From positions 32,001 through 96,000 of the forward strand of contig CAXBMO010000020.1 in NCBI GenBank assembly GCA_963977015.1: a DNA stretch of 64,000 bases, read 5' to 3'. The stretch's first letter is position 1. Every line of letters starts with the position of its first letter. The stretch is from an uncultured bacterium. Its GTDB lineage: Bacteria; Verrucomicrobiota; Verrucomicrobiia; Verrucomicrobiales; DEV007. The notes beneath the pieces are model-generated. The model saw nothing but the letters and a program-made list of their open reading frames with translations. It had not been told where the DNA came from and made no database searches. Positions 9,256 through 19,342 of this stretch are shown piece after piece. The position numbers and the translations under genes are program-made.

Positions 9256-10209
9256 TCAATGCTGAGCGTAGAATGCCCGTTTCCCCTTCTTCGGCGGCGG
9301 ATCGATGTTGATTGCGATCCAAGTGAAGAACAATGCGGCGATGATGCTTCCCACCATCGGAAGGAAAATCCCGGGAATTCCGATCAGGAGAGGCGCGAAA
9401 AGATACAAAATGACGACCTGGCTTCCGGGGGCCGGATCATACGGATCTTCGAAGGTGCGAAGCTTCACTCTGGCCAATTGAAGTCCCAAAATCGTAAAGA
9501 AACCGCCGGCAGTGATCAAATTGATGAACAGGAGCAACGACGCAAATCCTCCCCAGAACCCGGGTTTCTCGATCGCAACGACCGCAAAGATGGTCGCCGG
9601 AATCATGGTGCTCCCAAGCACGAAAACTGCGGCAAGAATCAGCGAAACGCGGCCGAGATAATTCCGGTAGGCCGACGCACCAATGACCATCGCGCAAAAC
9701 ACGGCGTTGTTCAGCAACAAGGCCGCACCAATCATCAAATGCTCGACCAATTCAAACCCGCCGAAAAAGTAACGAAGAAACAGGTAGGGAAGAATCGAAA
9801 CGAAAACGAGGAGGCTCAGCGCGACTGAGAAGACCCATTTTCCCCGGACAATTTGCCAGCGGCTCAACCCGCTCAGCAGAAGCAGCTCCGCGTTTCTCCC
9901 GGAAAACTCCTGCTGCAGATCGAAAAACCGCGTCGCGGGAATCACGAACAGCATCATGAAGTAGGCAACCCCCCAATAAATAAGGCCGTAGCGAATCAGG
10001 TTGTCATCGGCGCCGGCAAAGGTGCTCGATCCCGAGGCCATGTCTGTCACGATAAAGTATTCCAACGCACAGGCCGCCACCATGACGATGTGGATGGCAA
10101 TAAAAGGGACGACGAACTTTCTTGCCCTCAAACCCTGGCGAAGTTCCTTCACCGTCATCGGGTGAATCCGCTCCGAAAAATCGGCGAACTTGGCTTCAGA
10201 GAAGAGCAT
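9256..10209 (-). CDS. ABC-2-type permease-like multi-pass membrane protein
   Basis: PMTVKELRQGLR N-terminus; ELLLLSGLSRWQIVRGKW motif; about 8 hydrophobic segments. Confidence 0.75.
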   Translation of the reverse strand: MLFSEAKFADFSERIHPMTVKELRQGLRARKFVVPFIAIHIVMVAACALEYFIVTDMASGSSTFAGADDNLIRYGLIYWGVAYFMMLFVIPATRFFDLQQEFSGRNAELLLLSGLSRWQIVRGKWVFSVALSLLVFVSILPYLFLRYFFGGFELVEHLMIGAALLLNNAVFCAMVIGASAYRNYLGRVSLILAAVFVLGSTMIPATIFAVVAIEKPGFWGGFASLLLFINLITAGGFFTILGLQLARVKLRTFEDPYDPAPGSQVVILYLFAPLLIGIPGIFLPMVGSIIAALFFTWIAINIDPPPKKGKRAFYAQH

Positions 10210-10318
10210 GACCCATCGGATTTAGAGAAATGCTTGATTGAAGTAAAGCATCGATCCGGGGAACTGTCCGAGATCTTAGACTCTTCACTTTCATACTCAT
10301 CCGCGAGCGGAGAAAAGA

Positions 10319-10392
10319 TCGGGGAGACAGGATTCGAACCTGCGACATCCTGCTCCCAAAGCAGGCACTCTACCAAGCTGAGTTACTCCCCG
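10319..10392 (-). tRNA. tRNA-Pro (anticodon TGG), CCA not encoded
   Basis: Reverse complement CGGGGAGTAACTCAGCTTGGTAGAGTGCCTGCTTTGGGAGCAGGATGTCGCAGGTTCGAATCCTGTCTCCCCGA folds as a cloverleaf with a TTCGAAT T-loop. Confidence 0.97.
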
Positions 10393-10531
10393 ATATGAGT
10401 TACTCGCGAGGCGTGACTGTGCCTTGGAAAGTACAAAGTGCAAGGCTCAAATTTTCATAAATGTAAAGTTTTTCTTGATAATTAGGATTTCTTAAGGTTT
10501 ATAGAGATTATGTTACGTTAGGAAATTTATT

Positions 10532-13500
10532 GTGTCTGCCTATCCTCAATCCATTCTCTCCGGAATCCTTGCCCTTATCCTGGCGGGATCCGCCATGGCC
10601 CAGCAAGATGACGGGCCACCCGCAACTGTGGCTCCCGATGCCACCTCCGGAGAAACATCGCCCCCCGAGAAGAAAGACACAGCCGGTCAAACGGAAGAAA
10701 AAGCCGATTCTCCCGCGATGGACGCTCCCGGGAACCGCACCACACTGTTCCCTCCCCTCGATCAAACCCAGAAAATGCGGGAAAAGGTCGAGTCCGGCAG
10801 TTTGCGGGAAGATGTGGGACTCCCCACTCCCGAAGGAGGAGAAACAAAAATCCTCGCAATCGTCAGGGACGGGGACTCCTGGTATTTCGATAGTCTGGTG
10901 GAGGAATTCATCTTTCAGCTCGAGGAGCTGGCAGTTGGGAACTATGGGCTGGAGATCTATGAGGCGAATGCCGAATACGATCCCGAAGTCGTGCGGGAAT
11001 TGCTCGCTCAGGCGCTGGAAAACCCAAGTGTGGATTTGATTTATGCCGCCGGAATCGTTGCTACGGAAATCGCGGCGAAAATGCCGGATGTAGATCGCCG
11101 CGTTCCGATCATGGCGGGAGCCGTTCGATTTTCGGATTTGCGCGGACTGCGCATTTCTCCTGAGGGAACGTCCGCGATTCCAAACCTGACGTTCATTACC
11201 AATCCCCAGCGTGTTTCTGAAGATCTCCGAATGCTGAGAGACCTTACCAAAACCAAAAAAATCCACGGGTTGATTGATGCCTATGCGCTCAGCGACATGC
11301 CGGGGCTTGAGAGCGCAAAACTCCAGGCGGAGAAGGCACTCGGAGTTTCCCTGGAAATCATTGGCAGCAAAATGACGGCCAAAGACACGCTTGACGCCAT
11401 TCCCAAAAACGTCAGCGACGTTTACGTAACCATTTTGCCAAGCCTGGACATCTTTGAACGCGAAGACCTCTTCGTCGGCTTAGCTGAACGGAACATTCGC
11501 ACCATCTCAATGCTCGGAGAATCAGACGTTGAAATTGGAGCAATGGCGGCATTGGCACCCGACAATTCGGAATCGGTCGCCCGGCGCACTGCGGTGAACG
11601 CTCACCAGCTTCTGCAAGGTGTCTCGACCGAACTGCTCCCGGTCTATCTACCGGTCGAGGACAATCTCGTCATCAACATGGAAACAGCCGACGCGGTGGA
11701 ATGGTCGCCTGACTATGAGACTGTCCTAACCGCCCAGTTCGTCAACGAAGACAGCGGCGAGACCGGAGATTCCATCGACGTTTCCAAAGCAATGGCGAAA
11801 GCCGCCAAACGGAATGCGCAAGTCCGCACCACAGCCGAGGACGAAGCGATTGCCCAACAAGACGTCTACATCACCCGGAGCAATCGACGTCCGCAAATTT
11901 CGCTCGAGGGAAACCATGGAAGGCAGGATCTCGCGGATTCCTACCTGGATTTTCCGGGAGCGACGCTCGCTACTCCCACCGGAGATTTCACGCTTCCCAG
12001 CTTCGACCTGTCGGGAAGCTCGTTCCAGGGCGAATACGGGGTCCAAGTCCGCAAAGTCCTGTTCAACGATGAGATCCGGAGTGGCGTCAAAGCTGGTAAA
12101 GAAGCGGTCATCTCCAATCGACTGGAAACCCGATCGGTGCAACTGGATGCGATGGAGGACGCCGCAATTGCCTACTTCAATTACCTCAGCGCCGACAATC
12201 TCTACGAAATTGAAAAGGAGAACCTGCGCCTCACCGAAAACAACCTTCAGCTCGCCAAACTGCGGATCGAGATTGGGTCCGCAGAACCTTCCGAGCGCTA
12301 CCGATGGGAACAGGACGTCGCCCGAAGCCGGGCACGCCTCTTTCAGCGGGATTCGGACCGCGCCGACGCCCTCGTTGAATTCAACCGGATCCTGGGTGAA
12401 CCTCGTGGGAAGAAATGGGATTTCGAGGACTACGAAGTTGGGGACGACGAGTTCTTCTTCATGGATGACGACCTGGGACCACTGATCGAAAACATCCGGG
12501 ACTTTAAGAAATTCAGCCTCTTTCTCCAGTCACTCGCCGTCGTGAATTCTCCGGAACTTCGCGCCTTCGAACACAGTCTCGCCGCACAAGGCATCCTGCT
12601 CGAAAAAAATCGACGCAGCTTCTTCGTTCCTGAGGTTACCGGGTTCGTCAGTCAAAACCGCACCGTTCTTGGCAGTTCTTCCCTCTCTGATCATCTCAGC
12701 CAACATGAATCCACCGTCGGTTTTCAGTTCAGCCTCCCCCTCTTCGAAGGTGGACGCCGAACCGCTGAGGTCGAACGTCAACGCGCCGTTATCCGTCAAC
12801 TGGCCGCCCAACGTGAGAACGCGCTCGAACTGATCGAGCAACGCACCTATGCCGCAGTTCACGGCATTTCGGCGGCGCATCCAAACATCCGTTTCAGTCG
12901 ACTCGGCCTTGAAGCATCAGAAAAGACGTATGAGTCGGTGCAGGAAAAATACTCACAGGGTGCAGCCAGTATCTTGGATTTGTTGGATGCCCAATCCGCC
13001 CTTCTTACCCAACGGCAGCAGGCTGCGATTGCGACCTACTCCTATCTTCAACAGATTCACCGCCTGCAACGATCCATCGCCTGGTTCGAACACGAAAAGA
13101 GCGCGAGCGAGAAAGAGGAATGGACGGATGCCCTGAAGAGCTACCTCGACGATGGCAACCTCGGCGACTTCAAATTTTCTCCCGGCGTCAGCGTTCCTTC
13201 CAGTCCGGATTGGGAAGAGGCAATTGTCGCCTCGAAGAGCAAAACAAAGTCCAAGAAGAGTCGGAAGTTCAGACCTTCCGATGACGATTCCAGTGACAGC
13301 AGTGAGACGGATAGCGAAAGCGTTGAACTCGGAGAAAGCGGCTTCGAATTCGTGGAGTATGAGATTATCGAAGCTGACGACAGTCCCGAAGACCAGGTGG
13401 AAACGGCAACCGGCGATCCCGAAACCGAGACGGAGCTTGAATCGCTTCCCGGAACCGAGACGCCCGAACGAGATCGCCGTTCCAGATTGGGCCATCGCAA

Positions 13501-13774
13501 TTCAGGATCGTTTTCACCATCATCCGAACAGGAACCGATCGAGTTGAGTGAAAGTTTTACCCGGGTTCGCTCCGCGCTTGGTCGTTCCGACGTTGCTTCT
13601 GCACCGGAAACAACACCTGAAATCGGGAAGCCATCCAAGCTCGTCCCCGTTGTTGAGATTTCCCCGCCGTCGCCAAGTGTTCCCGTCGCCACTGACAACG
13701 TTCCCAAACATACTGCGACACCCCAAAAGCCAAAAGGACGGCGCATTGGCGCGATCGTGCGCAGACGCAGATAG
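10532..13774 (+). CDS. TolC-family outer membrane protein with N-terminal substrate-binding-like domain and acidic low-complexity tail
   Basis: Signal peptide; OEP-type repeats (VLFNDEIRSG, LPLFEGGRR, YSQGAASILDLLDAQ); first gene of an RND operon. Confidence 0.85.
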   Translation: MSAYPQSILSGILALILAGSAMAQQDDGPPATVAPDATSGETSPPEKKDTAGQTEEKADSPAMDAPGNRTTLFPPLDQTQKMREKVESGSLREDVGLPTPEGGETKILAIVRDGDSWYFDSLVEEFIFQLEELAVGNYGLEIYEANAEYDPEVVRELLAQALENPSVDLIYAAGIVATEIAAKMPDVDRRVPIMAGAVRFSDLRGLRISPEGTSAIPNLTFITNPQRVSEDLRMLRDLTKTKKIHGLIDAYALSDMPGLESAKLQAEKALGVSLEIIGSKMTAKDTLDAIPKNVSDVYVTILPSLDIFEREDLFVGLAERNIRTISMLGESDVEIGAMAALAPDNSESVARRTAVNAHQLLQGVSTELLPVYLPVEDNLVINMETADAVEWSPDYETVLTAQFVNEDSGETGDSIDVSKAMAKAAKRNAQVRTTAEDEAIAQQDVYITRSNRRPQISLEGNHGRQDLADSYLDFPGATLATPTGDFTLPSFDLSGSSFQGEYGVQVRKVLFNDEIRSGVKAGKEAVISNRLETRSVQLDAMEDAAIAYFNYLSADNLYEIEKENLRLTENNLQLAKLRIEIGSAEPSERYRWEQDVARSRARLFQRDSDRADALVEFNRILGEPRGKKWDFEDYEVGDDEFFFMDDDLGPLIENIRDFKKFSLFLQSLAVVNSPELRAFEHSLAAQGILLEKNRRSFFVPEVTGFVSQNRTVLGSSSLSDHLSQHESTVGFQFSLPLFEGGRRTAEVERQRAVIRQLAAQRENALELIEQRTYAAVHGISAAHPNIRFSRLGLEASEKTYESVQEKYSQGAASILDLLDAQSALLTQRQQAAIATYSYLQQIHRLQRSIAWFEHEKSASEKEEWTDALKSYLDDGNLGDFKFSPGVSVPSSPDWEEAIVASKSKTKSKKSRKFRPSDDDSSDSSETDSESVELGESGFEFVEYEIIEADDSPEDQVETATGDPETETELESLPGTETPERDRRSRLGHRNSGSFSPSSEQEPIELSESFTRVRSALGRSDVASAPETTPEIGKPSKLVPVVEISPPSPSVPVATDNVPKHTATPQKPKGRRIGAIVRRRR

Positions 13775-13813
13775 TTTTGTCTTTGAATCCGCCTCACTTT
13801 CTCCGAACACGCC

Positions 13814-14860
13814 ATGAGCCATCCCTTCCACTTCACTATTTCCTGGTTTGCGGTTCCGTGCATCGCAATGGTTTTCGCTGGATGCGGCAAGCCTGAACCC
13901 ATCGCTCCCCAAAAGCCACGCCCCGTTTACACGATCGAAGTTGAAGCGCCGGAATCGACCATCCGGCGATCATTCTCCGGCCTGGTCAATTCTGCCGAAG
14001 GAGTTGGAATTGCGTTCGAAGTCGGAGGTCGAGTCATCGATGTCTACGCGGAGGAGGGTGTGCGTTACAAGAAGGACACAATTCTCGCGAAGATCGACGA
14101 CACGGAATACCGAAATCAGATGGTCGGAGCGGAAGCCCAACTGACCGAAGCGATCCAAAATCTCCGCCGGACTCAGCAACTGTTCGAGACCGGGAACGCT
14201 GCCCAGGGAGCCCTCGAGACCTCGATCGCGCAGGAGAAGGCAGCACGCTCCAACTACAACAGCGCCCAAAAACGGGTTCAAGATTCCGTCCTCAAAATGC
14301 CCTACGATGGCGTCATTGGTGAAGTCAACATCGATGCCCAGCAAGTGGTGAGCACCGGCCAAACCGCCATGACGATTCAGGGAGAATCCGGGCTCGAGTT
14401 TGAGATCGGCGTTCCCGCCGAGGTGGTCGCAAGCATCAAACCGGAACAATCTGCCGTCATCGAGTTGGGCACACTTCCCGACAAACAGTTTCCCGCCAAA
14501 ATTGTAACGGTTTCTCCTCAGCCAGGCGCGAACACGACCTATCCCGTAACGCTGGAGATTGAAGAGGCCGACGATCGAATTCGCGAAGGAATGGACGGTG
14601 AAGCCATTCTGACACTCACGAACCCGGACGGCGCTCTCACCAACATTCCGGCCGTTTGCGTCGTCGCGGAACCCGGAGATTCACAGTTCGTCTGGGTTTT
14701 CAACGAAGGCCAGGTTTCGAAGCGCACGGTGAAGACTGGTCGCCTTCGCGATAACGGCATGATCGAGATTGTTGAAGGACTCGAAAAAGGGGAGACGGTC
14801 ATCTCCAGAGGAGTGCATCGACTTCGCGAAGGACAAACCGTGCGTCTCCTGGAGCAGTAA
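13814..14860 (+). CDS. RND efflux periplasmic adaptor (membrane fusion lipoprotein)
   Basis: Lipobox FAGC; IAFEVGGRV; LKMPYDGVI; GLEKGETVISRG. Confidence 0.93.
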   Translation: MSHPFHFTISWFAVPCIAMVFAGCGKPEPIAPQKPRPVYTIEVEAPESTIRRSFSGLVNSAEGVGIAFEVGGRVIDVYAEEGVRYKKDTILAKIDDTEYRNQMVGAEAQLTEAIQNLRRTQQLFETGNAAQGALETSIAQEKAARSNYNSAQKRVQDSVLKMPYDGVIGEVNIDAQQVVSTGQTAMTIQGESGLEFEIGVPAEVVASIKPEQSAVIELGTLPDKQFPAKIVTVSPQPGANTTYPVTLEIEEADDRIREGMDGEAILTLTNPDGALTNIPAVCVVAEPGDSQFVWVFNEGQVSKRTVKTGRLRDNGMIEIVEGLEKGETVISRGVHRLREGQTVRLLEQ

Positions 14861-14861
14861 C

Positions 14862-17800
14862 ATGAATCCGGCAGCCTTCACCCTTAAGAACAACCGCACC
14901 GCCCTGGTCATCTATGGGGCGACGCTCTTGTTTGGAGCCGCGACGTTCCTCTCGATCAGCCGTCTCGAATATCCCGAGTTCACGATCCGCAACGCCCAGA
15001 TCATCACCCAGTATCCTGGCCGAACCACCGTTCAGGTTGAACAGGAAGTCACCGAACCGATCGAGCAAAAACTGCGGCAAATGCCGGAAATGTTGGAGAT
15101 CAAGTCGACCTCCAAACCAGGGCTTTCCATCATCACGGTCGAGATCCGCGATGAGTTCTTCGACATGGAAGACATCTGGACCGACATGCGAAATCGCATC
15201 AGTGAAGTCCGACTCCCCCAGGGTGCTCAGGAGCCGACAGTCAACGATGATTTTGGCGATGTCTTTCCCTATATTTACGCCCTGACGAGCGACGGCTTCA
15301 GCTACCGCGAAATGCTTGATCACGCCGAGGATATCCGTGACGCGCTTCTCGCCATCGATGGAGTCGGCAAGGTGGAGTTCCACGGCGAACAGGAAGAACG
15401 CATCTATCTGGAATTTTCGAGTAGCGAAGTCGCGGCCTATGGTGCCTCGCCGACGCGAATCGCCGGGGTCATCAACAATCAGAACGCAGTCTCCACCAGT
15501 GGAGACGTTCAGTTTGGTCCGGAACGCATCAATCTGATCACCCTGGGTGAGTTCGAAAATCTGGACGAGCTCAAGAGTTACCGCCTGACCATTCCGGGAG
15601 AAGCCACCAGTGTCCAGGTCTCCGATCTCTTTAATGTTCAGCGCAGCTATCAGGATCCGCCAAGATCGATCACTCACTTCAATGGCGAACGGGTAATCTG
15701 CATTGCGGTCTCCATGCTCGACGGAGGGGTCGTGACCAAAATCGGCGACGCGATCGAGATGAAGCTCGCCGCCCTGCAACAAGAACTTCCCGTTGGGCTC
15801 GATATAGAGTCCATGTTCTTTCAACCGGAATACGTCGCCAAGTCGGTGAACGATTTCGTCGTCAATCTCGGCCAGGCTTTCTTTTTCGTCGTCATCGTCA
15901 TGCTCCTCTTCGCTGGTTGGAGGATCTCAATCATTGTCGGCATCCTGGTTCCTTCCGCCATTCTCATCGCGTTCGCGTTAATGCCCTCCCTGGGGATCGC
16001 GCTGGAGACCATGTCGATCGCCGCCCTGATCATCGCGCTTGGTCTCCTCGTCGATAACGCCGTCGTCGTCAGTGAACAGATCCTGGTTCGTCTCAACGCC
16101 GGTCAGTCACGGTTTGAAGCGGTCACGGAGTCGGTGCGAACCCTGACCATTCCACTTCTTGCCGCCAGCGGAACAACGATTGCCGCCTTCTCCACCATCG
16201 CCCTGGCATCCGGCCAAACCGCGGAGTTCACCTACAGCCTTTTCGCCGTTGTTTCGCTGACATTGCTGGGTAGCTGGATCCTTTCGATCACCATCATTCC
16301 GCTCTTTTCGTTCTACTTTCTCAAAGAGTTGAAACGCGACACGCTGATCGGACGCGGGCTCAACCGCCTCTACGATCCCTACGAGCGCATGCTGCGCTTT
16401 CTCCTCAAGCTCAAATGGGCCTACCCAATCCTCATTCTGGTCCTGACGCTTGGCGCGGGGATGCTGTTCGGGAAGGTGCCGAGCATCTTCTTTCCACCGA
16501 ATGAGCGGGGCCAGTTCGTGATCGAATTCGAACTTCCGCTTGGAACCGACATTTCCGAGACCGAGGCCAGGGTCGCCGAGTTGGAATCCTATCTCCTTTC
16601 GGAAGAACGCGATCAGATTCGACGTGTGTCGACCTGGATTGGGGATGGCGGACCGCGTTGGTATCTCAGCTTGTCGCCCGAACCTCCGAATTCAGGCTAC
16701 GCCTTCTTTTCGGTCCTGACCCATTCGAATGACCCCAAGTCCATTCAACGGATGATCAATCGCATTCATCAGTTTGCCGAGAATCAGGATCCCAATGTCC
16801 GCGTGGTCGCCCGGACGTTGGAGAATGGTCCTCCGGTAGGCGACCCGATCCAAATTCGCCTCTACGGACCGGACATGGAGACTCTCTACAAGCTTCGGGA
16901 CGAGATCATCCCTGAAGTGGAAGCCGTCCCCGGAATGTTCGATGTGCGGGATAGTTGGGGATCCTGGGTGAAACAAATTAGCGTGGATCCGGATCCCGTG
17001 CGATCCGTCCGCCTCGGTCTCACGACGAACAGCATCTCCGAAAGTCTCAATCTGCAGTTCAGCGGTCTCAATTTTTCGACCTTCCAAGAGGATGAAGAAG
17101 CGATCCCGATGGTGATGCGTTCCAAGGAGGATTTTCGGGAAAACCCGGATCGCATCGCTGACCTACCCATCTTTATCAGCAGCGGAACGGTCCCCCTTGG
17201 CCAAGTCGCCGACACCAGCGTGGATTTTCTTCCCGGATCCATCAAGCGCGAAGACACGATTCGCATGATGACCATCAAAGGCCGCGTCCGCGATCGATTT
17301 TCCAGTGAAGCGCTGGCCGAGGTCCAGCCTCGGATCGCCAAGTTGGTCGAAGGCGAAAACTGGCCGATCGGCTACTGGATTGAGTACGGCGGGGAACAGG
17401 AGGAGAGCGCCAAATCTCAGAAGTCCATTGGAAGCGCCATGCCCATCTCCTTGACGATTCTATCGCTCATCCTGATTGGTCAGTTCAACAGCCTGCGACG
17501 TTTTGCCATCATTCTCCTGACGATTCCACCAATGCTAATCGGCGTCGTCCCCGGACTGCTGATCACGGGATCTTCCTTCGGCTTCATGACGCTCCTCGGC
17601 ATGATTGCGCTTCTTGGGATCATCGTGAACAACGCCATCCTTCTCATCGACGAAACCGACCATCAAATCGATGAAGGATTGGAGCTGGAAGAGGCGATTG
17701 TTGAGGCCGCAAAATCGCGGCTCCGCCCGATCATCATGACCACGATCACGACCATTATTGGTCTCCTGCCCCTGGCCATCAGCGGTGGCGGAATGTGGAG

Positions 17801-17912
17801 TTCGATGGCCTATGCGATGATGTTCGGTCTGGGCTTCGCCACCCTGCTCACCCTGGCACTTTGCCCGGTCCTGTTCTTCCTCTTTTTCAACCAGAAGGAA
17901 AAGACCGCCTAA
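14862..17912 (+). CDS. RND efflux permease (AcrB/AcrD/AcrF family)
   Basis: LGLLVDNAVVVSE, GIIVNNAILLID and RLRPIIMTT motifs. ATG 14862 follows the adaptor stop by 1 nt. Confidence 0.95.
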   Translation: MNPAAFTLKNNRTALVIYGATLLFGAATFLSISRLEYPEFTIRNAQIITQYPGRTTVQVEQEVTEPIEQKLRQMPEMLEIKSTSKPGLSIITVEIRDEFFDMEDIWTDMRNRISEVRLPQGAQEPTVNDDFGDVFPYIYALTSDGFSYREMLDHAEDIRDALLAIDGVGKVEFHGEQEERIYLEFSSSEVAAYGASPTRIAGVINNQNAVSTSGDVQFGPERINLITLGEFENLDELKSYRLTIPGEATSVQVSDLFNVQRSYQDPPRSITHFNGERVICIAVSMLDGGVVTKIGDAIEMKLAALQQELPVGLDIESMFFQPEYVAKSVNDFVVNLGQAFFFVVIVMLLFAGWRISIIVGILVPSAILIAFALMPSLGIALETMSIAALIIALGLLVDNAVVVSEQILVRLNAGQSRFEAVTESVRTLTIPLLAASGTTIAAFSTIALASGQTAEFTYSLFAVVSLTLLGSWILSITIIPLFSFYFLKELKRDTLIGRGLNRLYDPYERMLRFLLKLKWAYPILILVLTLGAGMLFGKVPSIFFPPNERGQFVIEFELPLGTDISETEARVAELESYLLSEERDQIRRVSTWIGDGGPRWYLSLSPEPPNSGYAFFSVLTHSNDPKSIQRMINRIHQFAENQDPNVRVVARTLENGPPVGDPIQIRLYGPDMETLYKLRDEIIPEVEAVPGMFDVRDSWGSWVKQISVDPDPVRSVRLGLTTNSISESLNLQFSGLNFSTFQEDEEAIPMVMRSKEDFRENPDRIADLPIFISSGTVPLGQVADTSVDFLPGSIKREDTIRMMTIKGRVRDRFSSEALAEVQPRIAKLVEGENWPIGYWIEYGGEQEESAKSQKSIGSAMPISLTILSLILIGQFNSLRRFAIILLTIPPMLIGVVPGLLITGSSFGFMTLLGMIALLGIIVNNAILLIDETDHQIDEGLELEEAIVEAAKSRLRPIIMTTITTIIGLLPLAISGGGMWSSMAYAMMFGLGFATLLTLALCPVLFFLFFNQKEKTA

Positions 17913-19342
17913 CCTTTCGGCGTCGGAAACCGGGCGCCGGATTCTTGCAGCTGCCGTTTGAGCTCAGCCTTCCACTCTGCGGCCAATTCCGGTCTCGCCT
18001 TCGCGAGATCGTCCTGCTCTCCGAGGTCGGATTCCAGGTTGAAGAGTTCAACACGATCATCTTCGTGATAGTGGATCAGTTTCCACGCTCCTTTTCGAAT
18101 GGCGGAACTGGGACGCGTCTGGCTCGTCACAAAATCCCCCATCCCGATTTCCTTCGGGCTTTTCTCAAACCCCTTCTCCGGATGATAATACGGAAAGTGC
18201 CAGATCAATGGCCTGGCGCGAGGCAGTTCGAAGCCAGGATTTGCCAACACGGGAACCAGGCTCGTTCCGTCACGCGATTCATCGGACTGCGGCATCTCGG
18301 AAACCTCGCAAAACGTCGGGAACCAATCGCAGCCGTGAACCACCGCGTCGCACGCCTTGCCTTCGGGAATTCGACCGGGCCACCGCGCGATCATGGGCAC
18401 TCGAATGCCTCCTTCATAGAGGTTCCATTTGCTTCCCCTAAGCGGGGCATTGCTCGTGTAGTTGGGATGACCACCGTTGTCCGCCATCAAAACCACCAGG
18501 GTGTTCGAAGCCAATCCCGATTGATCCAGCGATTCCAAAACCCGCCCGACGAGATGATCCAGGGTCTCGACCATCGCGCCGTAGGAGGCGCGAATCCCGG
18601 GAGCGTCAGGCGGAAGTCGATCCCGATATTTCTCGATCAACCACGCGCATCGCGAATGGACCGGGTCATGAACAAAGTAGTGGGAAAGGTAGAGGAAAAA
18701 CGGCTCCTCCTTGTGATGGTCGAGAAATTCGAGCGCCTGATCGGTCAGCGAATCCTGCGGAAACTCCCCATCGGAAACGGGTTCATCGCGAAGTCTCTTG
18801 GTCTTGCGATAGGCGTAGGGGTGAGAACCAAAGTCAGAGCTTCCACTCTGGAAACCTTGTTGCAGAGGCCCATGGGTAGGCGACCAACCGAGGTAACCCT
18901 GGTAGTGTTGACTCACATGCCACTTCCCGAAAAATCCCGTGGTCATCCCCGCAGAAGCAAGCGCTTCTCCGATCGTCTCTTCTTCCAAACCCAGATTCAG
19001 GGTAAAGGGCGGCGATTGCAGTGGCACCTCGCCGTTGGCGAATTGCTGCTGGCCCGGCTTGTCCTTGGTCACAAACTCGAAATTCAGCCTTGCCGGCGTT
19101 TTACCAGTGAGGATCGCAGCGCGAGAGGCGGAACAAATGGGCGCGGGTGCGTAAGCCTGCGTAAACCGCATCCCCTGCCCCGCCAGGCGATCGATGTTCG
19201 GCGTGTCGTGAATCGGATTTCCGTAACATCCGAAATCGCTCCACGCGACGTCGTCGGCCAGAATGAAGACGATATTGGGAACCTCTGCCTTGGCGCTTGC
19301 CCAAGCACAAATTCCAGCCAGAACGAGCAGGCGAAGCGTCAC
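17909..19342 (-). CDS. Sulfatase
   Basis: PNIVFILADD; CSASRAAILTGKTP; GKWH; DNGG; LYEGGIRVP. Confidence 0.93.
   Translation of the reverse strand: MTLRLLVLAGICAWASAKAEVPNIVFILADDVAWSDFGCYGNPIHDTPNIDRLAGQGMRFTQAYAPAPICSASRAAILTGKTPARLNFEFVTKDKPGQQQFANGEVPLQSPPFTLNLGLEEETIGEALASAGMTTGFFGKWHVSQHYQGYLGWSPTHGPLQQGFQSGSSDFGSHPYAYRKTKRLRDEPVSDGEFPQDSLTDQALEFLDHHKEEPFFLYLSHYFVHDPVHSRCAWLIEKYRDRLPPDAPGIRASYGAMVETLDHLVGRVLESLDQSGLASNTLVVLMADNGGHPNYTSNAPLRGSKWNLYEGGIRVPMIARWPGRIPEGKACDAVVHGCDWFPTFCEVSEMPQSDESRDGTSLVPVLANPGFELPRARPLIWHFPYYHPEKGFEKSPKEIGMGDFVTSQTRPSSAIRKGAWKLIHYHEDDRVELFNLESDLGEQDDLAKARPELAAEWKAELKRQLQESGARFPTPKG

Noticed and set aside
10155-10376. 73-aa ORF
   Set aside because: Translation of the tRNA-Pro sequence and its 3' flank.
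10210-10531. tRNA-Pro as a genomic island attachment site
   Set aside because: No integrase nearby and no duplicate of the tRNA 3' end seen in the window. The AT-rich stretch is explained by divergent promoters.
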